NCBI GenBank assembly: GCA_052035405.1
Contig: JBPOHQ010000007.1
Coordinates: forward strand, 12,292 to 76,291
Origin: Candidatus Nomurabacteria bacterium
GTDB taxonomy: Bacteria; Patescibacteriota; Minisyncoccia; Phycocordibacterales; UBA9973
Reading direction: 5' to 3'
DNA length: 64,000 nt
Shown: piece by piece, positions 31,524 through 43,914 of the stretch
Position numbering within the stretch: the first letter of the stretch is position 1
Layout: each line of letters opens with the position of its first letter
Made by a program: the position numbers and the translations under genes
Notes under the pieces: generated by a model
Database searches by the model: none
What the model saw: only the letters and a program-made list of their open reading frames with translations
What the model was told of the DNA's origin: nothing

Positions 31524-32527
31524 TCCAATATTTTTACCTTGTATTTTTCTGGTGCATTTTTAAGTAGTTCTTCTAATTTTTCCCTTGAGAGTAGTCCTTT
31601 TTGTGCACCTACGTATTGAACTACAGACATAGAATTAATAGGTCCCCAAGCTAGTGCTTCAGGTATAGATTTACCGAGTCCGAGTGCTGCTGTAAAAGTA
31701 GAAGCGAAAGCGTCCCCTGCACCAGTACGGTCCACAGCAGGAGCTGTATCAGGATAGATTGGTGTATACCAAATATTTGTTCCGTCTGAAGCATAAGCAC
31801 CATTTGGTCCGTCAGAAATAGCGACGATTTTTGGACCTAAGTTATGTAATCCTTTTGCTAATTCTTTGATATCTTTAGTTTCTACATTTAATATTTTTTG
31901 TGCTTCCTCTAGGTTACAGAAAAATACATGGGTATGAGCATAGATATCTTTTAGTTTTTCAGTACCCAGTGATATCTGGAATGTTCCAGGCTGGAAAGCG
32001 AGTTTTGTTTCTGGGTGTTTTTTTAAATATTCTGCAATTTCCATGTGGTAGGGAAGAGAATTTGAAGCAAGAGAACTTAGGTACATCCAAGAAACTTCCA
32101 CATCTTCTAAGTTTGGAAATTTAAAGTTAAATTCTGCATGTTTTACTAAAATTGTCCGCTCCACTCCAAACCACAACACGTAATGGTAATTTGTTTTCTG
32201 TCCTGCCTCGGTCGTTACATAGTCGGTTATGATATTATCTTTCTTTAAAGACTCTAAGCAGTCTTTACCATTTTGATCATCTCCAATATTTGTTATCAAA
32301 GCGGAAGTAAGTCCAAGGCGGCTAGCTGATACTGCGGCATTTGGACTATTGCCGACAGCGTTTAGTACATCTACAGATTCATAAGGAATTTTATCTCCAA
32401 AAGTAACACAGAGTTCAGCCCCAGGTGTATCTATGCCTGAGTGTACATGAGCTCCTTGTAATTTGATAAATGCATCGATAACTATGTCTCCGATTGCTAA
32501 AAAATCTATTTTTCTGTTTTTATTCAT
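31520..32527 (-). CDS. PfkB family carbohydrate kinase
   Basis: GNSPNAAVSASRLG, DRTGAGDAF. Confidence 0.93.
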   Translation of the reverse strand: MNKNRKIDFLAIGDIVIDAFIKLQGAHVHSGIDTPGAELCVTFGDKIPYESVDVLNAVGNSPNAAVSASRLGLTSALITNIGDDQNGKDCLESLKKDNIITDYVTTEAGQKTNYHYVLWFGVERTILVKHAEFNFKFPNLEDVEVSWMYLSSLASNSLPYHMEIAEYLKKHPETKLAFQPGTFQISLGTEKLKDIYAHTHVFFCNLEEAQKILNVETKDIKELAKGLHNLGPKIVAISDGPNGAYASDGTNIWYTPIYPDTAPAVDRTGAGDAFASTFTAALGLGKSIPEALAWGPINSMSVVQYVGAQKGLLSREKLEELLKNAPEKYKVKILD

Positions 32528-32579
32528 GTGTTATGATTATAACATATTATAAAAGATTCAAAAATAACCATACAAATCT

Positions 32580-34031
32580 ATGTTGAAAAGATATTTTGTA
32601 TTTGTGTTTAGTTTTGCCTCCTTATTATCTTTTAATTTTGTTGGTGCGAGTGTGGTTATAAATGAAGTTCAAATATCTCCGACAGGAGATAGATTTATTG
32701 AACTCTTTAATCAAGACGATACAGAGGTAAATCTAACTGATTGGTATATTCAAAGGAAGACGCAAACAGGCACGAGTTTTAGCTCGCTTGTATCCAGTAC
32801 AAATTTTGAAAACAAAAAAATCAAAGGGCATGAATACTTTTTAATTTCTAGAAGCTTACTCAATAATTCAGATATCGTAGTGAGCACCATGACACTCACT
32901 GATTCCAATGTGATTCAGCTTAAAAATCAAAGCGGTGATATCGTTGACAAGCTCTGTTGGGGAGATGTGACTGATTGTGGAACGGTTGTCGCAAACCCTA
33001 CTGAAGGGAAAAGTGTCGCTCGAGGTACAGGTGGAGTGGTTATAGGAACACCGACACCTAAAGCAGCGAATAGTACTTCAGTCGGTGCTTCGGAACAGCA
33101 ACCAAATGAAGGAGCTCAGACCGATACATCTACTGGAACTACTACATCAGGATCAGGTTCTTCTATAAGTAAAACTGTAGAAGGAAAAATAATTACAAAA
33201 GTTGCAGTTAAAAGTATCGCGTTTGCGGGACTGCAAACGTCATTTCAGGCAAGTACCTTAGGCAAGGATGGATTACCGCTTTTTTATGGTAGATACTACT
33301 GGAATTTTGGTGATGGTACCTCACAAGAGACAAAAGTAAGTGATGGCGGGATGGTATCGCATACGTATTTTTATCCTGGTGAATACACGGTAATTCTAGA
33401 ATATTACATAAATAGTTATGGAGAAATTCCAGATGCAACAGACACAGTAAATCTAAAAGTAACAAGCGTAGAAGTTTTTATTTCAAGTATAGGGGACCAG
33501 AAAGATTTTTATATTGAACTTTCAAACAACACTGGGAACGACATTGATATTTCAAAATGGATCCTCGTCTCGGGAGAAAAAAGATTCTCATTTCCAAAAA
33601 ATACTTATATAGGAGCAAAAAAGAAAACCACATTTTCTCCCGCAGTAACTGGTTTTACTTTCTCTGACAAAAATAATCTAAAGTTAGTAAATCAAGATTG
33701 GAAAACTATTTTTGATTACGGCTCTACTGTGAGACCTATTCAAGTTGTATTACCGATAACTTATTCTTCAAGTAAAAAAGTAGCTCAAAAAGAAAATAGT
33801 TCTTCGTATACAATCACATTAGGAGAAAAAGAAGAAGACATAGAAAAAGATACGTTGTTGAATGCTCTTGTTGCACGTGGTGTTCAAAATAATACACCAA
33901 AGACTGGTACGTACCTGTATATTATTTTCTTTATTATTTTAATTTCTCTTGCGGGTTTTCTGGTATATATTCTTCGTAGAAGAAAATTTGGGACCAAAGA
34001 AGGTGACGACTTTGACATTTTAGATGAATAA
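32580..34031 (+). CDS. Surface protein with lamin-tail and PKD domains and a C-terminal anchor
   Basis: Signal peptide; VVINEV...FIELFN (LTD); YYWNFGDG...HTYFYPGEY (PKD); second YIELSN; TPKTG-TM-RRRK tail. Confidence 0.85.
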   Translation: MLKRYFVFVFSFASLLSFNFVGASVVINEVQISPTGDRFIELFNQDDTEVNLTDWYIQRKTQTGTSFSSLVSSTNFENKKIKGHEYFLISRSLLNNSDIVVSTMTLTDSNVIQLKNQSGDIVDKLCWGDVTDCGTVVANPTEGKSVARGTGGVVIGTPTPKAANSTSVGASEQQPNEGAQTDTSTGTTTSGSGSSISKTVEGKIITKVAVKSIAFAGLQTSFQASTLGKDGLPLFYGRYYWNFGDGTSQETKVSDGGMVSHTYFYPGEYTVILEYYINSYGEIPDATDTVNLKVTSVEVFISSIGDQKDFYIELSNNTGNDIDISKWILVSGEKRFSFPKNTYIGAKKKTTFSPAVTGFTFSDKNNLKLVNQDWKTIFDYGSTVRPIQVVLPITYSSSKKVAQKENSSSYTITLGEKEEDIEKDTLLNALVARGVQNNTPKTGTYLYIIFFIILISLAGFLVYILRRRKFGTKEGDDFDILDE

Positions 34032-34047
34032 CTATATCCTATAAACC

Positions 34048-34263
34048 ATGTTTAAAAATTTTTTACTTAAAAAGATGCTTCGATTAAAAGGCGTACCTGA
34101 AGCTCAAATAGATATGTTCGTAAATATGATGGAAAAAGACCCGGAGCTTTTCCAGAAAATTGCACTTGAAATACAAGAAAAAGTTAAAGGTGGGATGAGC
34201 GAGATGGATGCAGGTATGGTAGTGATGAAAAAGTATGAAGCAGAACTCAAAAAGTTAGTGTAA
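34048..34263 (+). CDS. Small hypothetical protein
   Basis: 71-aa helical ORF with clean start and stop, followed by a terminator. Confidence 0.75.
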   Translation: MFKNFLLKKMLRLKGVPEAQIDMFVNMMEKDPELFQKIALEIQEKVKGGMSEMDAGMVVMKKYEAELKKLV

Positions 34264-34319
34264 ATATCCTTAAATATAGATAAATTTTAATTATATATTT
34301 TATAGAGAGTTATACACAT

Positions 34320-34346
34320 AAAAAAATGGCTTAAAGCCATTTTTTT
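34320..34346. terminator. Intrinsic terminator-like hairpin
   Basis: AAAAAAATGGCT-TAA-AGCCATTTTTTT. Confidence 0.6.
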
Positions 34347-34382
34347 CTTCATCAAGTTAAGATATAATATCTATATCCAGTA

Positions 34383-37300
34383 ATGGTAATAAATAAAAAA
34401 CAAAAAGGAAAAAGTAAATCCGTAAGGGCAATTTTGTTGATTGCTCTTTTCTCCTTTGTGTTTGTTTTAAACTCTATTTTCTATACTTTGTCTTTTGCAG
34501 CAGCAGGGGTTCCTCTTATAATAAATTTTCAAGGAAGACTCTTGAACTCTAGTGGTAACCTTTTGGGTGGAGCGTCCGGTACAAACTACTGTTATAAATT
34601 TTCTATTTACGATGCTGCGTCCGGTGGGTCTAAAATATGGCCAGCGGGTAGTCCTTCGACTATGACAATACTCACTCGTGAAGGAGTGTTCGATGCACCA
34701 GTCGGAGACGTTAGTGCAGGAGGGGATGCACTAACTTTAGCTTTCACTGATGACCAAGCTTTTATGAATGTCGAAGTATCTGCTATTGGAGCTGGAAGCT
34801 GTACTTCAGGAGATGAAAGTTTTGAGACTCTTACTCCACGTCAACAAATTGTTTCTTCTGCTTTTGCTATAAATTCAAAAACTGTTGGGGGATTCACTCC
34901 AGCACAATCTGCAACCGGTAGTCAGATACCAGTTCTCACTTCTGGGTCGCTCGTACTCGGAGATACAAATCCAGGGATTAAAGTTATAGGATCTAATACT
35001 CTCACTTTACAAAGTGGTGTTACTGGAGACATTCAGTTTTATAGTTCATCAAATAAAATTACTTCATCTGGTGATTTAACGATAGCAGGACTTGCAACTA
35101 CTGTCGGACTTACTTCTACTGGTAATGTTTCTATTACTTCTTCCAACACAACTCAAAATACCACATCATCTGCTCTTGCTGTGAACTTAAATTCACTTAC
35201 TTCCGGTACCGGAATATACGCAGCTTCTTCCTCTTTGACTTCCGGTTCACTGATGAATTTATCAATTACAGGTACAGGAGCACAAACAGGACAAAAGGGT
35301 TTAAATATTTCTCTGCAGGGTGCCAATGCTGTAGCAGGTCGAACCACTTATGGAGCGTATATTTCAAATGCTCATACAGGAACTTCGGTAAATATTAGTA
35401 CGTACTCTACGGCTAGTGGTGGTGCATTCAATGTGGGAGGGTATTTTGATTCTGCCGGTTCTGGAGCAACTAATACAGGTATTTATGCTTCAGCTTCAGG
35501 TGGTACAAATAATTACGCAGCTATTTTTGAAAATGGGAACGTGGGTATTGGAACTACTGCACCAACAAAAGCTCTGAGCATAGAAGGTGCGATGAATTTC
35601 TTAACATCCGGTGTTTCTCGTGGAATTGTTGGTCCGCCTACGTGGGACACTTCTTATGTAGCTATTCAAAATGGAACCTTAGCAGAAAGTACCTCTAATA
35701 CGGCTTTAGCTCAAAATGTATCTGGTGATACTATACTAAATGCCGCTACTGGTAGAACGCTTTACTTAAGGATAGGTAATGCTTCTTCTATGACATTGCT
35801 ATCTGGTGGTAATGTTGGTGTAGGGACAACAGCTCCAGATAAAGCTTTAGAAATCAATTCATCCACGGGTGCGAATTTACGTTTGACTTACAATGACTCA
35901 AATGGTTCTGCTACGAACTATGCAGATTTGCAAACTACAAGTGCTGGATATCTCACCGTAATTCCAAGTGGTGGACAGACAGATATAGGCACTAGAGCTG
36001 GAAGTGACGTGACGTACGGAACCTTAAATGTTTTTACCCCAGATGGAGCAACTAGGGGAATAAAGATAACTACAGGTGCAACATCTATTACTCAATCTCC
36101 GTTTAGCATCTATGATTCAGCCGGTTCTCTAAAAGCATCTATTGATACTTCATGGCGATGGAATTCTGTTGCAGGATTCGTTGCTCCAACTTTCTATACA
36201 GATACATGGCAGCCTTATACGGGTTCTGTTGACTTTAATATTAACCCACCTTCCACAAAAAATGTTAATTTAAATGTTGCAGGTGGAGGTCAGGTAGTAG
36301 TAACAGGTGGTATGAAAATTGGAACAACAACAGCTGCCTCTACCATTGTTGCAGCAAACACCACAGGTGGATCAAGTAATCCAGGAATTATTTTTGATAC
36401 AGCAGGGAATTACTGGGCAAACAGTCAACAGATATATTCTTTCCGAGAAAATGGAACAGAATTTTTCTCTATTGATGGTATCGGAAATATAAAAGCTCCA
36501 GCAGGAAATTTTACAACTTCAAGCACTACCCCAGAATCCGGAACCGACTCTTTCATTGGTCATGGTATGCGTCGTGCAAATACTGCTGCTGGATTTAATT
36601 TCGCATGGGGCGAATCAATAGTGTCGACCACTGAGCCAGGAATAGACTTATTCCCGATAGGTAGTAGTCATATAACAAATGGAATTCTTTTTAGATTATC
36701 TAAAGACAGTGCACGCACTGACGTGGCTTTACAAATAAATGGAGATGGAGGCATAGGGGTAAACACTACTCCGACTTCAGATTATTTATTTAATATAAAT
36801 GGTAATACTACAAATGATAACAGTAGAATATTAAATATAACTCAAGCAAACAATTCAGATGAAGACAGTAGTTCTATATATATAACAGCCACCCCAACAT
36901 TAGGATCAATAGCAGCTGAGCGCACTGTGAGAGGATCTTATCTGAGTTTGACTCCAAGCTTAACCATTGCTGGGGGTGGTATTTCTGGTAATGTTTTTGG
37001 TGCAGAAACTGCTATAGATTTATCTTCTGTTACTTTAGGAAATACAACGGGTGGTATAAATTCTGTGAATTATGGTAGCAGTGTGAACATTACAGGTACT
37101 CCAGTACTTAATGACACTCTTGCTGGTGATGACACTTTTCTAAGTGTATACGGTGCCTCTACAAATGTTCAAGTTTCTCCTACGTTAACAAATATTGGAA
37201 ATGCTGAGTTTCTAAGTTATGGAGCTTCTTTTAATAATGCTTCTAGTTCGCTTGGGAATGCAAATTTGTTAAGTCAAGCAACCGGTATTTATGTTTCTTC

Positions 37301-40300
37301 TGCCGGAGCCTTAACAACAACTGGAACGACATCACATTATGGTGCACAAATTACTGCAGGGGGTACTGCAGATACAAATTATGGATTATATGTTAGTAGT
37401 TCTGGAGCCACTACAAATTATGCTGCGATATTTGCATTAGGCAATGTAGGTATAGGTGATGTGGACCCGGCATCACTCTTTACAGTAGGTGCAGGGGATT
37501 TATTCCAAGTAAATAGTAGTGGTGCCATAGCTGCAGCGACAGGAGTTACTTCATCTGGTACCATTACATTCTCTGGACTTGGAGGAGGTGGATCACAGTG
37601 TGTTCTTACAGACAACTCAGGAATACTTTCTGCTGGTAGTTGTGGAGGTGGAGGAGCAACTTTGGACAGTGCTTATACAGCAGGTAATACAATAGGTACA
37701 GACAGTGGTAATAATGTAATTATAAACTTAGCCGAGGTGGCAACTCCGACAGAGTTTGTGATAAATAATCTAGATACAGCTGGAGTCAATGCAGTGCAGA
37801 TAGACAATGGTATAGCTTCAGGAACACTGACAAATGGACTTTTGTTAGAGCAGTCTGGTGCAGGCACTATGACTTCCGCTATTCAGATAACTGAGACAAC
37901 AGGCACTATCACAAATGGTATTTCTGTTACTGGAACTCTTACAAATATTTTAAATACCCCTACTCTTGATATTACAGGAGCAGGAGCGATAACAGGAGTG
38001 ACTGGTATATCAGGAGGTGATGTAGTAATAGATTTTAATGATTTTGTTGTAGACGTAGAAGGTTTTACTGTTATTGCACCAGACGCTACGGGAGATGCAT
38101 TGAGTATTATCTTTGGTGCAGCTACTGATTTGCAAGCAATTGTGATAGATGCTGCAACAAATGCGTCTACTCAGACAGAAGGGTTAATACAAATAACTTC
38201 AGATACTTCTACTGACACAGCTATTGCTGGAGTAGGACTCACTTTAGTGGCTGTTGATGATGATGCTGCAGATATACTTTATGGTCACCGTACAGATATA
38301 ACAATCCAAGAAGATACTACAGACAAGGATACAGTATATGGAAACTACGTAGGATTTACTCAAAATGATCCAAACTCAACAGGGTATGGATTTGCTGTTA
38401 TAGCAGAAGATGCTGGTACTTCACCTCTTGCTGTAGGTCTGCTTATTCAAAATCTCCAAGCCACTGATATAGACATAACAGATGGTATTTTGATACAAGC
38501 TACTACAAATGATTCTATTTTAGATGCTATAGATGTATCAGATGCAGAGATCACGAACGCTATAAACATAGGCACGAATTTACTTGTAGCATCTGGAGAC
38601 TCTATCAATGACTTCACTGGCAATGGCTTAGTTGTATCTTCAAATGCTCTTACTGTAGACACCACTCTTGGAGCTGATGGGCTTTCTGCTACGACTTCAT
38701 CTGGTTCAGGACTTGAAACATTGGCGACAGGAGTAGCATTACTCCAAGGTTGTGCACATGATGAAGTTTTGAAATGGAACGAAACTTCAGACGTTTGGGC
38801 TTGTGGGAAAGACAATGATTTAATTACTTTGTCTTGGGCTGAAACAAATTTGACTGCTTCACAAACTGCTCTACAAATGGACAGACCAAACGCTACTAAC
38901 TTAAACACAACTACCTCTGAGGCATACATGCCTTATGCTGGAAGTATCGTTGGTATAGAAGTCGGAGGTAGTGCTGCTCGTACTGCTGGTACTGCTACTT
39001 TTGAAGTATATAAAAATGGTGCTGCTACAGGATTAACTGCTGTTATAAATGGAACAAATACTCAATACGTAAGAACTACTCAAGTTCCAGGGACTGATAC
39101 TTTTGCAGCAGGAGATTATATAGATGTGAGAGAGACTACTACAGGAACCTTTGCTCCTACTACTTCTGAATACGTAGCTACTGTGTGGCTAGAGATAAAC
39201 GAAGGAGCTGACTTAGCAGAGTTATACAATATAGAAGATGTCAGTATTGAGTCAGGTGATGTTGTTGCAATACACCCATTCCTTGAAAATGGCATAATGA
39301 AAAGTAATAAAGCGTATCAGAAAGAAATTTATGGAGTAATTGCAACCAGACCGGGGGTTATTTTAGGTCAAAAAGAAATAGGAGACATAAGCATGTCTCG
39401 TGCGGTTGCTCTAGCTGGACGTGTGCCAGTCAAGGTAACTAATTCAAATGGTGTTATTAAAAAAGGTGATTATCTTACAAGTTCAGACATACCAGGAGTT
39501 GCAATGAAATTGACTAAAAATGGTATGTCTATTGGTATTGCCATGGAAGATTTTTATGGAGATGATGTTGGTAAAATAAATATGTATGTTAAAAATGGAG
39601 TAGTAAATGGTGATACAGAAAGTGTATTAGAAAATTTAGAAGGTTTGTCAGGAATAGAAACAAATAAAATAACCCTAAAGGGGCTGAATAGTATAGAACT
39701 AACATCAGAAAGTATAAGTGCACTTTCTAGTGCGATAGATTCTCTCAAATTTGAGAATTCAAAACAAGCAGATGATGTAATTATGCTTAATAACAAGAAC
39801 GAATCATTTGAAAATAAAATAATAAATATAGAGTCTGCTATGAGTTTAGGCATGTTTGAAAATAAAAATAATCTTAATTTAGAAACGTTAGTGGTGGGAG
39901 GGGAGGTACAGTTTAATGGACTAACATTCTTTAACTCAAGTACGGTGTTTAATCGAAATGTTACATTTGGTAATGTTGTAGAATTTACAACTCCACCACT
40001 TTTCAACAAAGACACAGCCGGTTTTGCGGTAATAAAAGCAGGAAGTAAAAAAGTGGAAGTAGTTTTCGAAAATCCGTATATAGCTCAGCCTGTAGTGAAT
40101 GCGTCTATTTCTTTAGAGGATTCAGTTAATCCCGCTACAGAGACTACCCCAGAAGTAGTGAATACTATGACAGACGAACAAGTTGAAGAATTTTTTAGCC
40201 AAAATATAGAGTACTTGATTACAAATAAAACTGAGAAAGGTTTTGTAATTAGAATAAATAAAGTAATTACAGAAGACGTACTATTCTCATGGTCAGCTTT

Positions 40301-40640
40301 TGCCGTAAAAGATCCAAAGATTTTTGAAAGTGTGTTGCCAGGACTTGTAATCGAGCAAGTTATTGAAGAAAATGAACCTACTCCTTCAAAGGTCATTCCA
40401 ACTCAAAACTCAACACCAGATGAAGCAATAATAGAAGAAACATCAGTATCCGAAGAAACAAATGAGACTATCGGTGCTCCAGAAGTTTTTGATACAGCAG
40501 AAACACCAGAACCTTCAACAGTTACAGATACACAAGAAAATCTAAATGCACAGGTGACAGAAGTTCCTGCAGTGTCTACTTTCAAAGAGACAAGAGCAGT
40601 AGAAATGAGTAATGCACCAGAGACTTTGATTGCGGAGTAG
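34383..40640 (+). CDS. Giant (2085 aa) secreted fibre/adhesin-like protein
   Basis: Signal/TM; [10 protein letters not shown]-domain; repeated [10 protein letters not shown]; Gly/Thr/Ser-rich; ADLAELY...[11 protein letters not shown]...GDYLTSS (peptidase G2/intramolecular chaperone-like); acidic tail. Confidence 0.85.
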   Translation: MVINKKQKGKSKSVRAILLIALFSFVFVLNSIFYTLSFAAAGVPLIINFQGRLLNSSGNLLGGASGTNYCYKFSIYDAASGGSKIWPAGSPSTMTILTREGVFDAPVGDVSAGGDALTLAFTDDQAFMNVEVSAIGAGSCTSGDESFETLTPRQQIVSSAFAINSKTVGGFTPAQSATGSQIPVLTSGSLVLGDTNPGIKVIGSNTLTLQSGVTGDIQFYSSSNKITSSGDLTIAGLATTVGLTSTGNVSITSSNTTQNTTSSALAVNLNSLTSGTGIYAASSSLTSGSLMNLSITGTGAQTGQKGLNISLQGANAVAGRTTYGAYISNAHTGTSVNISTYSTASGGAFNVGGYFDSAGSGATNTGIYASASGGTNNYAAIFENGNVGIGTTAPTKALSIEGAMNFLTSGVSRGIVGPPTWDTSYVAIQNGTLAESTSNTALAQNVSGDTILNAATGRTLYLRIGNASSMTLLSGGNVGVGTTAPDKALEINSSTGANLRLTYNDSNGSATNYADLQTTSAGYLTVIPSGGQTDIGTRAGSDVTYGTLNVFTPDGATRGIKITTGATSITQSPFSIYDSAGSLKASIDTSWRWNSVAGFVAPTFYTDTWQPYTGSVDFNINPPSTKNVNLNVAGGGQVVVTGGMKIGTTTAASTIVAANTTGGSSNPGIIFDTAGNYWANSQQIYSFRENGTEFFSIDGIGNIKAPAGNFTTSSTTPESGTDSFIGHGMRRANTAAGFNFAWGESIVSTTEPGIDLFPIGSSHITNGILFRLSKDSARTDVALQINGDGGIGVNTTPTSDYLFNINGNTTNDNSRILNITQANNSDEDSSSIYITATPTLGSIAAERTVRGSYLSLTPSLTIAGGGISGNVFGAETAIDLSSVTLGNTTGGINSVNYGSSVNITGTPVLNDTLAGDDTFLSVYGASTNVQVSPTLTNIGNAEFLSYGASFNNASSSLGNANLLSQATGIYVSSAGALTTTGTTSHYGAQITAGGTADTNYGLYVSSSGATTNYAAIFALGNVGIGDVDPASLFTVGAGDLFQVNSSGAIAAATGVTSSGTITFSGLGGGGSQCVLTDNSGILSAGSCGGGGATLDSAYTAGNTIGTDSGNNVIINLAEVATPTEFVINNLDTAGVNAVQIDNGIASGTLTNGLLLEQSGAGTMTSAIQITETTGTITNGISVTGTLTNILNTPTLDITGAGAITGVTGISGGDVVIDFNDFVVDVEGFTVIAPDATGDALSIIFGAATDLQAIVIDAATNASTQTEGLIQITSDTSTDTAIAGVGLTLVAVDDDAADILYGHRTDITIQEDTTDKDTVYGNYVGFTQNDPNSTGYGFAVIAEDAGTSPLAVGLLIQNLQATDIDITDGILIQATTNDSILDAIDVSDAEITNAINIGTNLLVASGDSINDFTGNGLVVSSNALTVDTTLGADGLSATTSSGSGLETLATGVALLQGCAHDEVLKWNETSDVWACGKDNDLITLSWAETNLTASQTALQMDRPNATNLNTTTSEAYMPYAGSIVGIEVGGSAARTAGTATFEVYKNGAATGLTAVINGTNTQYVRTTQVPGTDTFAAGDYIDVRETTTGTFAPTTSEYVATVWLEINEGADLAELYNIEDVSIESGDVVAIHPFLENGIMKSNKAYQKEIYGVIATRPGVILGQKEIGDISMSRAVALAGRVPVKVTNSNGVIKKGDYLTSSDIPGVAMKLTKNGMSIGIAMEDFYGDDVGKINMYVKNGVVNGDTESVLENLEGLSGIETNKITLKGLNSIELTSESISALSSAIDSLKFENSKQADDVIMLNNKNESFENKIINIESAMSLGMFENKNNLNLETLVVGGEVQFNGLTFFNSSTVFNRNVTFGNVVEFTTPPLFNKDTAGFAVIKAGSKKVEVVFENPYIAQPVVNASISLEDSVNPATETTPEVVNTMTDEQVEEFFSQNIEYLITNKTEKGFVIRINKVITEDVLFSWSAFAVKDPKIFESVLPGLVIEQVIEENEPTPSKVIPTQNSTPDEAIIEETSVSEETNETIGAPEVFDTAETPEPSTVTDTQENLNAQVTEVPAVSTFKETRAVEMSNAPETLIAE

Positions 40641-40682
40641 TATCCTTTGAGATATAATTCTAAACGTAGTTAAATCACATTT

Positions 40683-41096
40683 ATGTTAAGAAAAAAATCA
40701 TTTAGAATTCTGTTGTTATTAGTTACTTTAGGAGCGATAGGCCTTGCAGGGTATTTTTATTATGAACTCAATAATCTTAAAAATAATCCTCAATCAATAA
40801 CTAAGAAAGAGGTTTCAGACCTTGTGGATAAAGTTTCTCGATTAGTTTTGTTACCCGAGAAAGAGATACCCACAGTAGCCACTGTGTCAGATTTAGAAAA
40901 ACTCAAAGATCAAAAGTTTTTTGCTAAAGCTCAAAAAGGAGACAAGGTACTCATCTATGCAGAAGCAAAGAAAGCATATTTATATTCTGTAACAAAAGAC
41001 AGAGTTATAGATATTGCACCCCTCAATTTAGGAAACAAAAAAGAATCAAATACAGAAATACAAAATAGTAATGACAGTAGTCTTATTATAGAGTAG
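40683..41096 (+). CDS. Membrane-anchored hypothetical protein, paralogue of the next gene
   Basis: N-terminal TM; PTVATV...FFAKAQKGDKVLIY. Confidence 0.8.
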   Translation: MLRKKSFRILLLLVTLGAIGLAGYFYYELNNLKNNPQSITKKEVSDLVDKVSRLVLLPEKEIPTVATVSDLEKLKDQKFFAKAQKGDKVLIYAEAKKAYLYSVTKDRVIDIAPLNLGNKKESNTEIQNSNDSSLIIE

Positions 41097-41130
41097 TTTT
41101 ATTTGGTTAATATTCTAGTCTCTTGCTATA

Positions 41131-41547
41131 ATGGGCTACATGGCATACTTAAATTTTTATCTAAAAAAGAGAAATATTCATATGTTTGTTTTTTTGATAC
41201 TTTTAGTATTGGGTATTTTCTTTTTCAAAAATAAATTAAGTCTCGTTGGTCAGAGCACAGATAACAAGACAGTAAGTGAAAGTAAAATGTTAGCAAGAAA
41301 GGTGGGCAAGATAATGTTTGTGCCGAAGGATGAAGACCCTACCATAGCTACAGTTACAAATCCAGAAAACTTAAGAGGACAATCTTTTTTTGTGGATGCA
41401 AAAGTGGGTGATAAAGTTTTAATCTATAAAAATGCGAAAAAAGCTATTTTATATGATCCAATAGCTGATAAGATTATCACTATTGCACCACTTATCCTAG
41501 GTGAGCAAGATTCTACCGGATTAAATACTCCTGTATTTAAGTATTAA
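41131..41547 (+). CDS. Membrane-anchored hypothetical protein, paralogue of the previous gene
   Basis: PTIATV...FFVDAKVGDKVLIY; start codon uncertain. Confidence 0.8.
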   Translation: MGYMAYLNFYLKKRNIHMFVFLILLVLGIFFFKNKLSLVGQSTDNKTVSESKMLARKVGKIMFVPKDEDPTIATVTNPENLRGQSFFVDAKVGDKVLIYKNAKKAILYDPIADKIITIAPLILGEQDSTGLNTPVFKY

Positions 41548-41563
41548 TTTCTAAAATGGTCAG

Positions 41564-42586
41564 ATGAGAAATATTTTTAAAATTAAAAAATTAAACATTT
41601 TAAAGACGACCCTATATTTCTTTTATATTTCTTTTATATTTCTTTATTTTTTTTCTAATGGTCATGCTGTTGATTTAACTAGTACTAATTTTATCGTTCG
41701 AGATCCAATTATAGGTACTGGTGGAGACTATGGTACTTCTAGTAGCTTTAAATTATATTCAGCAGGTAACACCCTTCTCTCTGGTGTAGGTTCTTCCGCT
41801 ACCTATATAGGACATTATGGTTTTTTATACTATCCTTTTATAACTTTAGGTACTTTGTCTGCTGTAGCTTCTGGGGCTGATGCAAACCTTTCTTGGCCAG
41901 TATCTGCTGCAGGTCAAGGCTGGACAGTATCCGGATATAATACTGGTAAAGCTGCAGTTTCTGGCGGGCCATATACATATACTTCAGTAGGTAACGTAAC
42001 AAGCTATTCATATACTGGACTGACTCCAGGAAATTATTGTTTTGTTTTGCAGACATTGGATGGTCTCGGAAATGTAATTGGTACTTCAAATGAGTCTTGT
42101 ATAACCATACGTCCTACCCTTACTTTTTCGATACCTACTACAAGTGTAAATTTTGGTACCCTTTCATCTACTGGTCCAAGATATGCAAATGCAACGACGG
42201 GTAGTGCTACTGATGTGGTTGCTCACACTATGCAGGCTAGTAGTAATGCTTCTTCAGGATACGTCATTACCTACAAAGGTCCTACATTAACTTTCGGTAC
42301 ACATACGATAAATGTTGCTTCTAGTGTTTCTGGAGATGGTTCGGCGGGCACAGAACAATTTGGTATGTCTTTGTCTACCACCGGGTCAGCTACCATACCA
42401 GCAGCATATCAACAATCAGGACCAACTAGAACTTTCGTAGACAACACTACTACGAGCATAGCTAGCACCTCAGGGATTACTTCGACAGAGACATTTAGCA
42501 ATCATTACTTAGCAAACATTTCACCTGTTACAGAAGCAGGACCCTACTCTACCACAATAACTTTCATTGCCACAGGAACTTATTAG
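41564..42586 (+). CDS. Secreted FN3-like plus WxL-like domain protein
   Basis: Signal peptide; YSYTGLTPG.YCF; ends AGPYSTTITFIATGTY. Confidence 0.7.
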   Translation: MRNIFKIKKLNILKTTLYFFYISFIFLYFFSNGHAVDLTSTNFIVRDPIIGTGGDYGTSSSFKLYSAGNTLLSGVGSSATYIGHYGFLYYPFITLGTLSAVASGADANLSWPVSAAGQGWTVSGYNTGKAAVSGGPYTYTSVGNVTSYSYTGLTPGNYCFVLQTLDGLGNVIGTSNESCITIRPTLTFSIPTTSVNFGTLSSTGPRYANATTGSATDVVAHTMQASSNASSGYVITYKGPTLTFGTHTINVASSVSGDGSAGTEQFGMSLSTTGSATIPAAYQQSGPTRTFVDNTTTSIASTSGITSTETFSNHYLANISPVTEAGPYSTTITFIATGTY

Positions 42587-42704
42587 TTATCCACATTAAA
42601 AATAATGGTGCAGTTAGTTATTTATTGGTATAATCTAATTAATTTTTGTGCAAGTCGCACAATTTTATTGTTTAATAAAATTATTATCAGTTAGTATTAA
42701 AAAT

Positions 42705-43892
42705 ATGAAAATTTTAAAAAAAATTACCAGTTTATCACTTATTATGATGTTAATGGTACTAACATCAGGTGTTGTTAATGTTAATAAAGCTTTAGCCGCT
42801 TCTATGACGGCTTCCAAAGATACAGCTACAAGACTAAAAATAAGTACCACAGCTGATCATACTATAGTGACTACTCTCCCTACTGGTGTTGATTTTGATT
42901 CTACGGGTAATACTGATATGTTGCGTTTTGATTTTGCTTCTACCTTCAGTACTTCAGGTACATGGGTCACAGGAGACTTCACATTTAACGATGGTACAGC
43001 TAGAACGGTTCAAGCTGTTGCACAAGGTGCGGGTACCGTAGATTGTACAGTGTCAGCTGGTGTGAACAATGTCTGTGTGGCTATAGACACTACCGGTTTT
43101 GCTTTTTATGTAAAACCTTCTGCTACGTACACAGCATCAGCAACTGCTGCAACTATAACATTTACTATTGATGGAACTACTACTGATGGAACTTTAACAA
43201 ACCCTGCTTCAGCAGGTTCAGCAGCTCTTGATCTTGCAGCTTGCGATGAAGTAGCTTCATGTACAACTTCATTTACTTCTTCTCATACAGCAGCCACCGC
43301 TCTTGGAATTGCAGATGATGATCAGGTTACCGTGACTGCCACAGTGAATTCTTCCCTTACTTTTGACTTAGATGCTAACACTTCTGGAACTGGAGACACG
43401 GTAGCCCCATATACTGTGGCTTTAGGTACTATTACTACTGTAGATACTCGTGTGTCTGGTGCAACAGATTCAGTAAACAGAATAATGATGGATCTAGATA
43501 CTAACGCTGCTTCTGGTGTGGTTGTAACTGTAAAAGATGCAAACGGCACAAACGGTCTTGTCTCTACTTCTGTACCGGCTGATAATATAAACAGTGCTGA
43601 CGGTACTATGGCTGATGGAACAGAAAATTATGGACTTTGCGTTATTTCCGTAACTCAAACCCTTGGTACACTTTCAAAAGCATCTCCATATAACTCAGGA
43701 ACATGTGCTGCTGATTCAGAAACAAATGATATACAGGCTTTAACGACTTCAGGAGAGAACATCGTAAGTTCAGCTGCTCCTATATCAGGTGGACGAGCAC
43801 AAATAGCGGTAAATGCTGCTATAAGTGGTATTACACCTGCTCACTCTGACTATACAGATACCCTAACCTTTATTGCAACTAGTACTTTTTAA
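42705..43892 (+). CDS. Secreted WxL-like structural protein
   Basis: Signal peptide; DDQVTVTATVNSSLTF; ends DYTDTLTFIATSTF. Confidence 0.7.
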   Translation: MKILKKITSLSLIMMLMVLTSGVVNVNKALAASMTASKDTATRLKISTTADHTIVTTLPTGVDFDSTGNTDMLRFDFASTFSTSGTWVTGDFTFNDGTARTVQAVAQGAGTVDCTVSAGVNNVCVAIDTTGFAFYVKPSATYTASATAATITFTIDGTTTDGTLTNPASAGSAALDLAACDEVASCTTSFTSSHTAATALGIADDDQVTVTATVNSSLTFDLDANTSGTGDTVAPYTVALGTITTVDTRVSGATDSVNRIMMDLDTNAASGVVVTVKDANGTNGLVSTSVPADNINSADGTMADGTENYGLCVISVTQTLGTLSKASPYNSGTCAADSETNDIQALTTSGENIVSSAAPISGGRAQIAVNAAISGITPAHSDYTDTLTFIATSTF

Positions 43893-43914
43893 ATTTTAAT
43901 CGACTTTGATTATA

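Noticed and set aside
35490-37460. Internal repeats in the giant protein as DGR template/variable repeats
   Set aside because: They are short in-frame protein repeats (NYAAIF..GNVGIG), and no reverse transcriptase is in the window
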